From positions 64,504 to 128,503 of the forward strand of contig JAFATB010000011.1 of NCBI GenBank assembly GCA_019244185.1: a stretch of 64,000 bases of DNA. The letters are read 5' to 3'. The DNA is from Acidobacteriota bacterium (lineage in GTDB: Bacteria; Acidobacteriota; Thermoanaerobaculia; Gp7-AA8). Positions within the stretch are counted from its first letter, which is position 1. Each line of letters begins with the position of its first letter. The translations under genes and the position numbers were made by a program. The notes under the pieces were generated by a model. It searched no databases, was not told where the DNA came from, and saw nothing but the letters and a program-made list of their open reading frames with translations. Below are positions 26,932 to 38,344 of this stretch, piece by piece.

Positions 26932-28002
26932 ATGGCCATGATACCCACTGACAAATTGAAGGCAGCCGAAACGGCTCTGTCGCAGATCGAGCGGCAGTTC
27001 GGCAAGGGCTCGATCATGCGGCTCGGGGCGAAAGAGTTCGCCGCGATCAGCGCGATCTCGACCGGCTCGATCGGCGTCGACGCCGCGCTCGGCGTAGGCG
27101 GCGTTCCGCGCGGCCGCATCATCGAGATCTTCGGTCCGGAATCGTCCGGTAAAACGACGCTCTCGCTGCACGTCATCGCCGAGGCGCAGCGGACGGGCGG
27201 TCTGGCGGCGTTCATCGATGCCGAGCATGCGCTCGACGCCGAGTACGCCAAGAAGCTCGGCGTCGACGTGGACAACCTCCTCGTCTCGCAGCCCGACTCG
27301 GGCGAGCAGGCGCTGGAGATCGCGGAAGTGCTGGTCCGCTCCGGCGCCATCGACGTGATCGTCATCGACTCGGTGGCCGCGCTCGTCCCGCGTGCCGAGC
27401 TCGAAGGTGAGATGGGCGATTCTCATGTCGGTTTACAGGCACGATTGATGTCGCAGGCAATGCGCAAATTAACAGCCATTCTTGCGAAATCAAAAACGTC
27501 CATGATTTTCATCAACCAGATCCGCGAGAAGATCGGCGTGATGTTCGGCAATCCCGAGACCACGACCGGCGGACGCGCGCTGAAGTTCTACTCGTCCGTG
27601 CGCATCGACATCCGCCGCACCAACCAGATCAAGGAAGGTGAGGAAGTGGTCGGCTCGCGCGTGAAGGTGAAGGTGGTCAAGAACAAGGTCGCCGCACCGT
27701 TCCGGCAGGCGGAGTTCGACGTCGGCTACGGCGAGGGCATCTCCAAGACCGGCGAGCTCCTCGACATCGGCATCGAGCACAAGCTCATCGAGAAATCGGG
27801 CTCCTGGTTCTCCTACGGCGACGTCCGCCTCGGCCAGGGCCGCGAGAACGCGAAGCTCTTCATCAAGGAGAACGCCGATCTCTCCTCCGAGATCGAAGGC
27901 AAAGTCCGCCGCCTCCTCGGCATCGGCGGCCCGGAGCTGACCGTCATCGAAGGCGGCGAGCCCGCGATGCCGGCCAAGCCGGAACGCATGGTTCGCAAGT
28001 AA
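26932..28002 (+). CDS. recA: Recombinase RecA
   Basis: [47 protein letters not shown]. Confidence 0.99.
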   Translation: MAMIPTDKLKAAETALSQIERQFGKGSIMRLGAKEFAAISAISTGSIGVDAALGVGGVPRGRIIEIFGPESSGKTTLSLHVIAEAQRTGGLAAFIDAEHALDAEYAKKLGVDVDNLLVSQPDSGEQALEIAEVLVRSGAIDVIVIDSVAALVPRAELEGEMGDSHVGLQARLMSQAMRKLTAILAKSKTSMIFINQIREKIGVMFGNPETTTGGRALKFYSSVRIDIRRTNQIKEGEEVVGSRVKVKVVKNKVAAPFRQAEFDVGYGEGISKTGELLDIGIEHKLIEKSGSWFSYGDVRLGQGRENAKLFIKENADLSSEIEGKVRRLLGIGGPELTVIEGGEPAMPAKPERMVRK

Positions 28003-28046
28003 TCGCACTACACTGAAGTGCGGCGGTTCGCGCCGCCGCACTTCAC

Positions 28047-28772
28047 ATGCGTCTCGATCAAGCCGTCGCCGCGCGCCATCCCGAGATCTCCCGCCGCCGC
28101 GCGCGCATCCTCATCGCCGAACATCGCGTCCTCGTCAACGACCGCCCCGTCGCCGTCGCCTCGCGCGAAGTCAGCGACCGCGACCGCATCGCCATCGTGC
28201 AGGACGTTCCCGAGCTCGCCATCGTGAAGGAGACGCGCGACTGGATCGCCGTCGACAAGCCATCCGGACTCGCGACGCAACCGGTGCGCGAGCGCAACCA
28301 GCGTTCGCTCGAGGAACTGCTGCGCGTGCGCTACGGCAACGTCTTCGTCGTGCATCGCATCGACACGCAGACGAGCGGCATCGTCGTCTTCGCGCGCCAT
28401 CGCGAAGCGGCCGCGCAGCTGTCGCAGCTCTTCGCCTCGCGCGCCATTCGCAAAACGTATCTCGCCGTCGTCGAAGGCGCGATCGAGAGCGAGCTGACCA
28501 TCGAGTCGCCGATCGGCGGCAAGGACGCGCACACCCTCGTGCGCCCGTTGCGCCGCCTCGACGACCGCACGCTCGTCGAGGCCGAGATCTTCACCGGACG
28601 CACGCACCAGATCCGCATTCACCTGCGCTCGATCGAACGCCCCGTCGTCGGCGACCGCCGCTACGGCTCGTCGATGCCCGCGCCGCGCATGCTGCTCCAC
28701 GCGTGGAAGCTCGCCCACGAGGAGTTCGGCACGCTGATCGCGCCGGTGCCGGGCGACTTTCCGGCGTTGTGA
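28047..28772 (+). CDS. RluA/RluD-family pseudouridine synthase with S4 domain
   Basis: MRLD (S4 start), [35 protein letters not shown]. Confidence 0.92.
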   Translation: MRLDQAVAARHPEISRRRARILIAEHRVLVNDRPVAVASREVSDRDRIAIVQDVPELAIVKETRDWIAVDKPSGLATQPVRERNQRSLEELLRVRYGNVFVVHRIDTQTSGIVVFARHREAAAQLSQLFASRAIRKTYLAVVEGAIESELTIESPIGGKDAHTLVRPLRRLDDRTLVEAEIFTGRTHQIRIHLRSIERPVVGDRRYGSSMPAPRMLLHAWKLAHEEFGTLIAPVPGDFPAL

Positions 28773-28822
28773 TTCCCGAAGGACGAGCCGCCTTCCACCG
28801 CTCTGATACGATCCGCCGCGCT

Positions 28823-29362
28823 ATGGACGAGATGGTGATTCGCGCCACGACCGTCGTCTGCGTCCGCCGCGACGGCCAGGTCTCGCTCGCCGGCGACGGG
28901 CAGGTCACGGTCGGCAACACGGTGATGAAACACGGCGCAGCAAAAGTGCGCCGGCTCTATCACGACAAGATCCTCGCGGGCTTCGCCGGCAGCGCCGCCG
29001 ACGCATTCGCGCTCTTCTCGCGCTTCGAGGCGAAGCTCGAGGAGTATCGCGGCAACCTCGAACGCTCCGTCGTCGAGCTGGCGAAGGACTGGCGCATGGA
29101 CAAGTACCTGCGCCAGCTGCAGGCGATGCTGATCGTCGCGAACAGCGAGCGCGCGTACCTCATCTCCGGCACGGGCGATCTCATTCAGCCCGACGACGGC
29201 ATCCTCGCCATCGGCTCCGGCGGTCCGTTCGCGCTCGCCGCGGCACGCGCGCTGATGAAGCACAGCACGATGACGGCCGCGCAGATCGCCGAGGAGTCGC
29301 TGCGCATCGCGTCGGAAATCTGCATCTACACGAACGACAACATCACGGTCGAAAGCCTCTGA
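28823..29362 (+). CDS. hslV: ATP-dependent protease subunit HslV
   Basis: TTVV...[28 protein letters not shown]. Confidence 0.97.
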   Translation: MDEMVIRATTVVCVRRDGQVSLAGDGQVTVGNTVMKHGAAKVRRLYHDKILAGFAGSAADAFALFSRFEAKLEEYRGNLERSVVELAKDWRMDKYLRQLQAMLIVANSERAYLISGTGDLIQPDDGILAIGSGGPFALAAARALMKHSTMTAAQIAEESLRIASEICIYTNDNITVESL

Positions 29363-29366
29363 CGTC

Positions 29367-30767
<1,401 letters not shown>

Positions 30768-30802
30768 CCGGGAGCGCCTCCGGCGGGGCGGCACGGCCGC
30801 CA

Positions 30803-30865
30803 GCGCTTAGGGCCTAGCCGATTTGCACGTGCGGCTGCCCTCGAGCGCACTTATCGTGCAGGCGG
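30803..30865. repeat. Dispersed intergenic repeat, copy 2
   Basis: GCGCTTAGGGCCTAGCCGATTTGCACGTGCGGCTGCCCTCGAG...GCAGGCGG, similar to 16471-16532. Confidence 0.7.
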
Positions 30866-30899
30866 GATTGGTGCAGGAAATCCGCTACAATGCGGCTCG

Positions 30900-31154
30900 A
30901 TGACTCGCCGGGCGATCCTTCGTCACCTCGGGCTGCACGACGTCGTGGCAGACGAGAGCGGCCGCAGCGGAACGCTCGTGCGCAACACGCGCAACGGCCT
31001 CACGACGGTGCTGCCGCGCGGGGCGGTCATCGACGATCTGATTGTCGAGACGGTCTGCAAGCTGCTCGACGTGCCGCTGCCGCCGTCGCTCAGCGACCGA
31101 CCACGATCCGCTCGCGCCGGATCACGCGCGCCCTCGCGAAACTCTCGTGGGTGA
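30900..31154 (+). CDS. Degenerate HicA-like protein
   Basis: MTRRAILRHL...RNTRNGLTTVLPRG..IDD..V..VCKLLDVP follows the HicA/YcfA pattern but lacks the conserved His residues; TACAAT just upstream. Confidence 0.6.
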   Translation: MTRRAILRHLGLHDVVADESGRSGTLVRNTRNGLTTVLPRGAVIDDLIVETVCKLLDVPLPPSLSDRPRSARAGSRAPSRNSRG

Positions 31155-31317
31155 CGCGGCGGTTCGCCGCGAGAATCAGCTCCACCGCTTCCGCGAGATT
31201 CTTCCGCGCTTCGTCGACGTCCTTCCCCTGCGCATGCGCGCCCGGTAGTTCCTCGACGTACGCCACGCACACTCCCGACTCGCCCTCGACGAACACCGCG
31301 GTGAACATATGCTGCAT
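31090..31317 (-). CDS. hicB: HicB-family antitoxin (RNase H-like domain only)
   Basis: FTAVF...VAYVEELPGAHAQGKDVDEARKNLAEAVELIL; upstream TTCAAT-N17-TATACT. Confidence 0.88.
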   Translation of the reverse strand: MQHMFTAVFVEGESGVCVAYVEELPGAHAQGKDVDEARKNLAEAVELILAANRRVTHESFARARVIRRERIVVGR

Positions 31318-31428
31318 GCGCGGTGTGTAGTATAGGTGGCTCGCTCGGAAAATTGAAGCGCTTCGCCGCCCCCTGTTTTACGCCGGAACTTACACATTCC
31401 CCTCGGGTTAGCTTGCTCCGCGTGCAGG

Positions 31429-32529
31429 TCAGGAGACGGTCTTCTTGAACGCGCGCGCCGACGCCGCGATGAGCACCGCGGAGATCGCGAGCAGCGACAG
31501 CACCGGCTCCCACAAATCCGCGAACGTGGCGCCGCGAATCACGATCCCGCGCGCGATCTTGATGAAGTGCGTGGCCGGCAACAGGTACGACACGACGCGC
31601 AACGGCGCCGGCAGCGACGCGAGCGGAAAGACGTAGCCGGACAGGAGCACCGACGGCAGCATGATCCCCATCGCCTGCTGCATCGCTTCCATCTGCGAGC
31701 CCGCGCGCGAGGAGATCAACAAGCCGAAGGACAGCAGCGCAAACAGATACACGCACGAGAGGCTGAGCAGCAGCACGACGCTTCCGTTGAACGGCACGCG
31801 GAAGAGGAAGCGCATGAGCAGCAGCACGACCGTGAGCGTGACGTACGCGAGTCCGAGGTACGGCAGGATCTTGCCGAGGACCACGGCGAGCGGCGAGACG
31901 GGCGTGACCATCAGCTGCTCGAGCGTGCCGCGCTCGCGCTCCTTCACGATCGCGAACGCGGAGAGGATCGTGCCGGAGAACGTGAGCAGGATGGCGATGA
32001 GGCCGGGGATGAGCAGGTTCGCGCTGCGCATGTCGGGATTGAAGAGCATCACCGGATGCGCCTCGATGCGCGCGCGATTCCGCTGCTCCAGTAACGCTTG
32101 CAGATCGTTCTGCAGCACCACACCATTTGCAGCGGAAAGCGCCTGTGACGCGGTGCTCGAATCCGAGCCGTCGATGAGCACGAGCACGTGCGCGTCGCGT
32201 TGCGCCGCGAGATTGCGCGCGTAGTCGGGCGGGATCTCGACGCCGACCTGCGCGTGTCCGGCGACGATCTCGTGTTGTAGCTCGTCGCGCGACGGCGCCA
32301 TCTCGATGATCCGCAAGAGTCCGGTCGCGCCGAATTGCTCGATGAGCCGGCGGCTCTCCTGCGTCTTGCTTTGATCGAAGACCACCGTCGGGATGTTCTT
32401 CGCGTTCATGTCGATGACGCCGAAGAGGATCAGCTCGAACACCGGCACCGCCAGCGCGAACATGATCGTGACGCGGTCGCGCATCATCTGCGTCAGCTCT
32501 TTGCGAAACACCGCGCCGAAGCCGTTCAT
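31429..32529 (-). CDS. ABC-2 type transporter permease (YbhR/S-like)
   Basis: RKELTQMMRD, IVKERERGTLEQLMVTP, LLSGYVFP. Confidence 0.93.
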   Translation of the reverse strand: MNGFGAVFRKELTQMMRDRVTIMFALAVPVFELILFGVIDMNAKNIPTVVFDQSKTQESRRLIEQFGATGLLRIIEMAPSRDELQHEIVAGHAQVGVEIPPDYARNLAAQRDAHVLVLIDGSDSSTASQALSAANGVVLQNDLQALLEQRNRARIEAHPVMLFNPDMRSANLLIPGLIAILLTFSGTILSAFAIVKERERGTLEQLMVTPVSPLAVVLGKILPYLGLAYVTLTVVLLLMRFLFRVPFNGSVVLLLSLSCVYLFALLSFGLLISSRAGSQMEAMQQAMGIMLPSVLLSGYVFPLASLPAPLRVVSYLLPATHFIKIARGIVIRGATFADLWEPVLSLLAISAVLIAASARAFKKTVS

Positions 32530-33473
32530 CGCGTCGCTTCCAGTTCGGTGAGCCGCACGAACACGTCCTCGAGCGTCGGCTCGATGTCCTTCGTGCGCAC
32601 GGCGCCGCTGCCGAACGACTGCAGGTCGCGGTCGAGGCGTTCGTTCGAGATGCTTTGATCGACCAGCAGATGCAGCGACGTGCCGAAGATCGTCGACGCG
32701 TGCACATACGGCAGCGTGCGCGCGCTGGCCATCAGCGTCGCGACGCCTTCCCGGCCTTCCGCCTCGACGCGCCGCATGCCTTCCGGCGTGACTTCCTTCA
32801 TCCGCTTCAGCGCTTCCGGATGTCCGCTCACGATGAGCTTCGAGAGGTAGAGATACGCGACCGTGCCGCAGCGCTCGGCCTCGTCCATGTAGTGCGTGGT
32901 GACGAACATCGTGACGTTCTCCGCGGCGAGGCCGAACAGCAGGTCCCACAACTCGCGCCGCGCGACGGGATCGATGCCCGCGGTCGGCTCGTCGAGAAAG
33001 AGCACGCGCGGCTGATGCATGAGCGCGGCGGCGAGCGCGAGTCGCTGCTTCCAGCCGCCGGAGAGTGCGCCCGCGAGCCGATCGCGATACGGGCCGATGT
33101 GCGTCAGCTCGATCGCCCACTCCTTGCGCTGCTTTCGCTCCGCGCCTTTGAGCCGATAGATCGAGCTGAAGAAATCGAGGTTCTCATCGACCGTCAGATC
33201 GCGATAGAGCGAGAACGCCTGCGAGACGTAGCCGATGTGGCGACGCACTTCCTCGCCCTCGCGGACCACGTCGATGCCGTCGACGCTCGCGCTGCCGGAC
33301 GTCGGCGCGAGCAGACCGCACAGGATGCGGATGAGCGTCGACTTGCCGGAACCGTTTGGCCCGAGGAGGCCGAAGATCGTGCCGCGCGGCACTTCGAGGG
33401 AGACGTCGTCGAGCGCCCGTACGGAGCCGAACGCCTTCGAGACGTGACGGACGTCGATGCCGACGTCCGTCAT
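32526..33473 (-). CDS. ABC transporter ATP-binding protein
   Basis: GPNGSGKST, LSGGWKQRL, LFLDEPTAG, TTHYMDEAE. Confidence 0.96.
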   Translation of the reverse strand: MTDVGIDVRHVSKAFGSVRALDDVSLEVPRGTIFGLLGPNGSGKSTLIRILCGLLAPTSGSASVDGIDVVREGEEVRRHIGYVSQAFSLYRDLTVDENLDFFSSIYRLKGAERKQRKEWAIELTHIGPYRDRLAGALSGGWKQRLALAAALMHQPRVLFLDEPTAGIDPVARRELWDLLFGLAAENVTMFVTTHYMDEAERCGTVAYLYLSKLIVSGHPEALKRMKEVTPEGMRRVEAEGREGVATLMASARTLPYVHASTIFGTSLHLLVDQSISNERLDRDLQSFGSGAVRTKDIEPTLEDVFVRLTELEATR

Positions 33474-34435
33474 TCCGCGTTTCCTTCGACGCCGAGATCC
33501 ACCTCGGCGGCCATGCCTGCTTTCAGCCGCGCGTCCGGCGCGAGCACGACCTTCACGCCGTAGACTTGCTCGGCGCGTTGCGCCCGCGTCTGCACGTTGC
33601 GCGGCGTGTACTCGCCCTGGCTGGAAACGGTCGCGATGCGCGCCTGAAACCAGACGTTCGGAAACGTGTCGACGCGCACGCGCACCGGCATGTTGACTTT
33701 GACGAGGCCGAGAAGCGTTTCCGGAACGTAGACGCGCACCCACAGCTGCGTCGGCTCGAGGATCTCGGCCACGGTCTGATCGGGCGCCACGATGTCGCCG
33801 GGACGCAGCGCGAACGACTGCACGGTGCCGGTGACGCTGGAGCGCACGACGGTTTCCGCGCGCTGCTTGCCGAGCGTCGCGAGGCGGCGCTGCTGTTGTT
33901 CGACCGCCGCGCGCGCGGCGGCGATGTCTTCTTTCCGCGTGCCTTCCTGCAACACCCGCAGATCCTCGGCGGACGTCTTCGCTTTTGTGGCCGCGTCTTC
34001 GTAAAGCTCGCGCGAGACGATGCCGTCGTGAAACAGCGCGGACGTGCGGCGGCGATCGCGCTCGTCGTTCTCCGCCACCGCGGCGGCTTTGCGGATCTCC
34101 TCGTTGCGCGGTCCGGCGATGGCCTTGGCGAGATTCGCCTGCGCGGCGGCGATGGCCGCTTCCTGTTCGGAGATCTGGCGGTCGAGCGTCTCGGTCTCGA
34201 GCGTCACCAGCACCTGGCCGGCGGCGACGGCGTTTCCTTCATCGACGTGAACGCGGCTGACGCGGCCGCCGACCAGCGACCCGACGTTCACCGTCCGCGC
34301 CTCGAGCGTTCCCGCGAGGACGAGCGGTTTCGGCTTTCGCTGCTGCCGCGCGTACAGCAGTCCCGCCGTCACGGCGCCGAGGACGAGAAGAATCGGGATC
34401 ACCCGCTTGAGGATGCGACTTGCTGCTGCTGCCAC
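33470..34435 (-). CDS. HlyD-family membrane fusion protein (YbhG-like)
   Basis: N-terminal TM, GTLEA, coiled coil, EYTPRNVQT, LKAGM; GTG start after GGAGG. Confidence 0.92.
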   Translation of the reverse strand: MAAAASRILKRVIPILLVLGAVTAGLLYARQQRKPKPLVLAGTLEARTVNVGSLVGGRVSRVHVDEGNAVAAGQVLVTLETETLDRQISEQEAAIAAAQANLAKAIAGPRNEEIRKAAAVAENDERDRRRTSALFHDGIVSRELYEDAATKAKTSAEDLRVLQEGTRKEDIAAARAAVEQQQRRLATLGKQRAETVVRSSVTGTVQSFALRPGDIVAPDQTVAEILEPTQLWVRVYVPETLLGLVKVNMPVRVRVDTFPNVWFQARIATVSSQGEYTPRNVQTRAQRAEQVYGVKVVLAPDARLKAGMAAEVDLGVEGNAE

Positions 34436-35051
34436 GACGACCTCCCACGATCGCGCCGTCGCTCCAGAGTGCGAACAGCGCGTCGAGATAGCGGTCGAGC
34501 GGATACGCCGGCTCGATCGCCAGAAGCTGATGGATGAAGACGTACGACTGGAGCTGCCCGACGAAGAGCAGCGCGTACGCGCGCGGATCGCCGCGGCGGA
34601 TGACGCCGGCATTCATGGCCCGGCGGAAGTACTGCGTGACGATGCGAATGCCTTTGCGCGGCGGCGTCTCGTCCGCGCGCGTGTCGAACGGCACGACCAG
34701 CGTCGTCTGCGCGGACGCGGCGTGCATCTGCACGGCGATCGCGGAGCGGATGATCGTGCTGGCGAACGGGATCATCTGTTCGGCGAAACGGCGCAGCACG
34801 ACCCGCGGATCGGACGCGGGATCGACGCGCGCGAGCTCGTCGATGAAGGGAGGCGCGTCGATGCCGCGCGCGCTCATCGCGGCGGCGAAGAGATCCTGCT
34901 TGCTCGGGAAGTAGCGGAGGATCGCCGCGGGCGTGACCTCGATGGCCGCGGCGACGTCGGCCAGCGTCGTGGCGGCGAAGCCGCGGGCGGTGAAGGCCGC
35001 GCGGGCGGCGGCGAGGATCTGCTCGGCGTTGATGCGCGGCGGGCGGCCCAT
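34239..35051 (-). CDS. TetR/AcrR-family regulator with C-terminal run-on into the HlyD gene
   Basis: MGRP...ILAAARAAFTARGFAATTLADVA...ILRYFPSKQDLF. Confidence 0.9.
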   Translation of the reverse strand: MGRPPRINAEQILAAARAAFTARGFAATTLADVAAAIEVTPAAILRYFPSKQDLFAAAMSARGIDAPPFIDELARVDPASDPRVVLRRFAEQMIPFASTIIRSAIAVQMHAASAQTTLVVPFDTRADETPPRKGIRIVTQYFRRAMNAGVIRRGDPRAYALLFVGQLQSYVFIHQLLAIEPAYPLDRYLDALFALWSDGAIVGGRRGSSSKSHPQAGDPDSSRPRRRDGGTAVRAAAAKAETARPRGNARGADGERRVAGRRPRQPRSRR

Positions 35052-35053
35052 TT

Positions 35054-35091
35054 GTAAATGAATGTTTAGTTACTAACCGGCTGTTTGTCAA
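35054..35091 (-). promoter_or_regulatory. TetR promoter with overlapping palindromic operator
   Basis: Minus-strand TTGACA (35091-35086) and imperfect palindrome GTAAATGAATGTTTAGTTAC (35054-35073) over the -10 region, next to the ATG. Confidence 0.65.
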
Positions 35092-35133
35092 GTGCACTAT
35101 GACAATCGGCGGCTTGCTTATGATCGGCAGGTC

Positions 35134-36540
35134 ATGGCCATCGCCAGCGTGAACCCCGCCACCGGAGAAACCATCGCCACCTTCGAGCCGCTGTCGAACG
35201 CGGACATCGAGCAGAAGCTGCAGAAGTCGATCGAGGCGTACGCGATCAACCGCGCGCGTTCGTTTCCCGAGCGTGCCGCGCTCCTCCTGCGCGCCGCCGA
35301 TCTTCTCGACCGCCGCGCGCACGACTACGCGACGACGCTCACCACCGAGATGGGCAAGACCATCAAAGCGGCCGTCGCCGAGGTACAGAAGTGCGCGATG
35401 GTCTGCCGCCATTACGCGCAGCACGGCGAGGCGTACCTCGCGCCGGAGCGCATCGCCACCGACGCGCGCGAGAGCTACGTCCGCTTCGATCCGATCGGCC
35501 CGGTGCTCGCGGTCATGCCGTGGAACTTCCCCTTCTGGCAGGTCTTCCGCTTCGCTGCACCGGCGCTCATGGCCGGCAACGTCGGGCTGCTCAAGCACGC
35601 GTCGAACGTGCCGCAGTCCGCGCTCGCGATCGAAGACATCCTTCGCGAAGCCGGCTTCGACGCGGGCGAGTTCCAGACGCTGCTCATCACCTCCGAACAG
35701 GTGGCGCCGCTCCTCGACGACGAGCGCATCCGCGCCGCCACGCTTACCGGCAGCGCGCCCGCGGGCGCGAGCGTCGCGGCCGGTGCCGCGAAGCGCATCA
35801 AGAAGAGCGTTCTCGAGCTCGGCGGCAGCGATCCATTCGTGGTAATGCCGTCGGCGAATCTCGACGAGGCGGTGAAGACCGGCATCCGCGCGCGCATCGT
35901 GAACAACGGCCAGTCGTGCATCGCGGCCAAACGTTTCATCGTGCACGAGGACATCGCCGACGCGTTCGAGCACCGCTTCGTCGCGGCGATGAACGCGCTG
36001 CGCGTCGGCGATCCGATGGACGAGGCGACGGACGTCGGGCCGATGGCGATGCCGCAGATCGTGAACGATCTCGAGAAGCAGGTCGACGCGAGCGTCAGCG
36101 CCGGCGCGACGCTGCTCACGGGCGGCAAGCGTCTCCACGACCGCGGCAACTTCTACGCGCCGACGGTGCTGCGCGACATTCCGCGCGACGCGCCGGCGTA
36201 CGCCGAGGAGACGTTCGGTCCGGTCGCGTCGCTCTTCCGCGTGCGCGATGCCGACGAAGCGATCCGGCTCGCGAATGCAACGCCGTTCGGACTCGGCGCG
36301 AGCGTCTGGACGTCGGACGACGGCGAGGCGGAGCGCTTCATCGCCGGCATCGACTCGGGTCAGGTGTTCGTCAACGCGATGGTCGCGTCGGATCCGCGCA
36401 TGCCGTTCGGCGGCACGAAGCATTCCGGCTTCGGGCGCGAGCTCGGCGTGTATGGCATCCGCGAGTTCACGAACATCAAGACGGTGTGGATCGCGAAGAA
36501 TCCGGCGCGCAACGACGTCAAGCGCGAAGCGGCGGAGTAA
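35134..36540 (+). CDS. NAD(P)-dependent succinate-semialdehyde dehydrogenase-like aldehyde dehydrogenase
   Basis: SVNPATGE, MPWNFPFWQ, LKHASNVP, LELGGSDP, NNGQSCIAAKR, EETFGPV. Confidence 0.93.
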   Translation: MAIASVNPATGETIATFEPLSNADIEQKLQKSIEAYAINRARSFPERAALLLRAADLLDRRAHDYATTLTTEMGKTIKAAVAEVQKCAMVCRHYAQHGEAYLAPERIATDARESYVRFDPIGPVLAVMPWNFPFWQVFRFAAPALMAGNVGLLKHASNVPQSALAIEDILREAGFDAGEFQTLLITSEQVAPLLDDERIRAATLTGSAPAGASVAAGAAKRIKKSVLELGGSDPFVVMPSANLDEAVKTGIRARIVNNGQSCIAAKRFIVHEDIADAFEHRFVAAMNALRVGDPMDEATDVGPMAMPQIVNDLEKQVDASVSAGATLLTGGKRLHDRGNFYAPTVLRDIPRDAPAYAEETFGPVASLFRVRDADEAIRLANATPFGLGASVWTSDDGEAERFIAGIDSGQVFVNAMVASDPRMPFGGTKHSGFGRELGVYGIREFTNIKTVWIAKNPARNDVKREAAE

Positions 36541-36546
36541 CGCGCG

Positions 36547-37182
36547 CTATTCGGGCCGGAAGCGCCACGTCGCGGGATCGATCGGCTCGTCGCTGCTCAC
36601 GCGAAACACGCAGCGGCCGTCGCCGTTCTGGAACTTCTCTTCGCGCTGGACGCGATGCCCGAGGAGGCGCGTCAGCGCGTTGACGGACACGCTGCAGAGC
36701 GCGGGGCGGCGCATGGCCGTGTTGTAGAACGGGCAGTTGCGCTCGATGAGGCGCAGCTCGTCGCCGGTCTCGACGTCCATGTACGGATCGTCTTCGAGGT
36801 ACCAGTGCTTGAGCGCGGCGAGTTTCTCGTGCAGCGTGAGCCCTTCGAGCAGCGGCGCGACCGCGGCGACTTTGTCGTTCGACACGCGCTCGAGCACGCG
36901 CATGGCCGCCTCCGTCCCGAGCTCCTCCGCGACGGCGTCGATCACCGCGATCGACAGCATGTCGTAGTGCTTCGGAAAGAGATGATCGCCCGCGTCGCTG
37001 AGGCGGTACTGCGCGGCGGGACGTCCCGTGCGTCCGCGCGCGGCCTCGCGGTCGACGCGCGCGTCGACCCACCCTTCGCGCTGCAGCTGCAGGAGCTGCT
37101 GCCGCACCGCTTCGCCGGTCAGTTGCAACGCGTCGGACAGCTGCGCGATCGTCGCCGCGCCCTGCTGTTTGAGCGCGAGCAA
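36547..37182 (-). CDS. HTH transcriptional regulator with C-terminal Cys motif (SufR/ArsR-like); true start may be ~40 nt further upstream
   Basis: wHTH (AVRQQL..L...G, GRPAAQYRLS), FPKHY, NCPF...C...C. Confidence 0.85.
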   Translation of the reverse strand: MLALKQQGAATIAQLSDALQLTGEAVRQQLLQLQREGWVDARVDREAARGRTGRPAAQYRLSDAGDHLFPKHYDMLSIAVIDAVAEELGTEAAMRVLERVSNDKVAAVAPLLEGLTLHEKLAALKHWYLEDDPYMDVETGDELRLIERNCPFYNTAMRRPALCSVSVNALTRLLGHRVQREEKFQNGDGRCVFRVSSDEPIDPATWRFRPE

Positions 37183-37279
37183 AATCGCGCGCCGGCTGTC
37201 GGGTAGCTGCTGCAGCGTCAGAATCGCCCTCGTCCTCCGCTGCCTGCAACAGCGGATGTAGCCGGTTTCATTCGCGCCG

Positions 37280-38344
37280 CTACAGCCGATGGATGGCGCA
37301 CCAGCCGTCGAAAGCGAGACAGACGCCCTCGCTAAGGGTCAGGAGCACTGGCAGCGAGCTTTGCAGTTCGGGAATGAGCGTGGCGTAGTAGCCCTCGATG
37401 TGCTGATACACCATCTGCCGCAGCCACGCGCAGCTGACGCCGGGCGCGGGCACGTCCACGTCGCCGTCGAAGGTTCCTTCGAATGTGACGAACGGCAGGT
37501 CCGTGTACGTGTTGCCTTTCAGCGCGGGCGTGAGGAGATCGTTGACGAGCGTCTGTACGCACGGGACCGGCCGGCCGCCGAGCAGCGGCGGATACAACGC
37601 CGGCAGCTCCGCGAGTTGCGCCCACGCGCGCGGGATGGCGTCGAGGGTGTTGCGTACGTTCTGGTTCCACGCGTTGAATGGGTTGTCGCCGACGGCGGGG
37701 AACGTCTTCGTGAAGAGCTGCATGAACGCGTCGTTGCCCGGCGTCGGACCGGCGCTTGGATACACGTAGACGTTCTTGAACTTGCTCGTATCCAGTCCCT
37801 GGCTGACGACGAGATCGAGCGCGATTGCCGGCGACAGCGCGCCGCCAAGGGAGTGGCCGGTGAAGATGAGGTTCGCGTTCGTCGGCGGGAGCTCGTCGAG
37901 GAAGTTGCGCAGCGTCTGCGTCGTGCGCGGGTCGGTCATGTTCTGCAGCGCGATGATGCCGGTCTGCGTCCCTTTCGAGATCTCCGCGCCGGCCAGGCCG
38001 CCGAAGCCGACCACGGTGCCGACCGCGAGGTCTTCGATGGCGGCGTCGAAGAGTGAGCCGGGATTGGTGCCCGCGATCGCGACCACGTGATCGTTCGTCT
38101 CCGCGCTCCGCGCGACGTACATCGCGTTGTCGGCTTCGTCGGAGAAGATCGAGCCCTTCGTGATCTGCGGCCCCCACACCACGTCCCACCGGCCGATGTA
38201 CTGCGTGAACGTGGAGCTCTGCAGCGCCTCGGTGAGCTGCTGTTCGAGCGATTCGCGGAGGTCGCCGACCGATCCCTTGCGGTTCGAGGCGAGGTTCGAG
38301 AGGATCGAAAGGACCGCTGTCCGCTGCTGGGCGGTGTACGCCAT
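37280..38344 (-). CDS. Class 3 lipase / phospholipase
   Basis: VVWGP, VVAIAGTN, FTGHSLGGALS, AGPTPGN, DAIPRAW, QH; AGGAGA RBS. Confidence 0.88.
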   Translation of the reverse strand: MAYTAQQRTAVLSILSNLASNRKGSVGDLRESLEQQLTEALQSSTFTQYIGRWDVVWGPQITKGSIFSDEADNAMYVARSAETNDHVVAIAGTNPGSLFDAAIEDLAVGTVVGFGGLAGAEISKGTQTGIIALQNMTDPRTTQTLRNFLDELPPTNANLIFTGHSLGGALSPAIALDLVVSQGLDTSKFKNVYVYPSAGPTPGNDAFMQLFTKTFPAVGDNPFNAWNQNVRNTLDAIPRAWAQLAELPALYPPLLGGRPVPCVQTLVNDLLTPALKGNTYTDLPFVTFEGTFDGDVDVPAPGVSCAWLRQMVYQHIEGYYATLIPELQSSLPVLLTLSEGVCLAFDGWCAIHRL

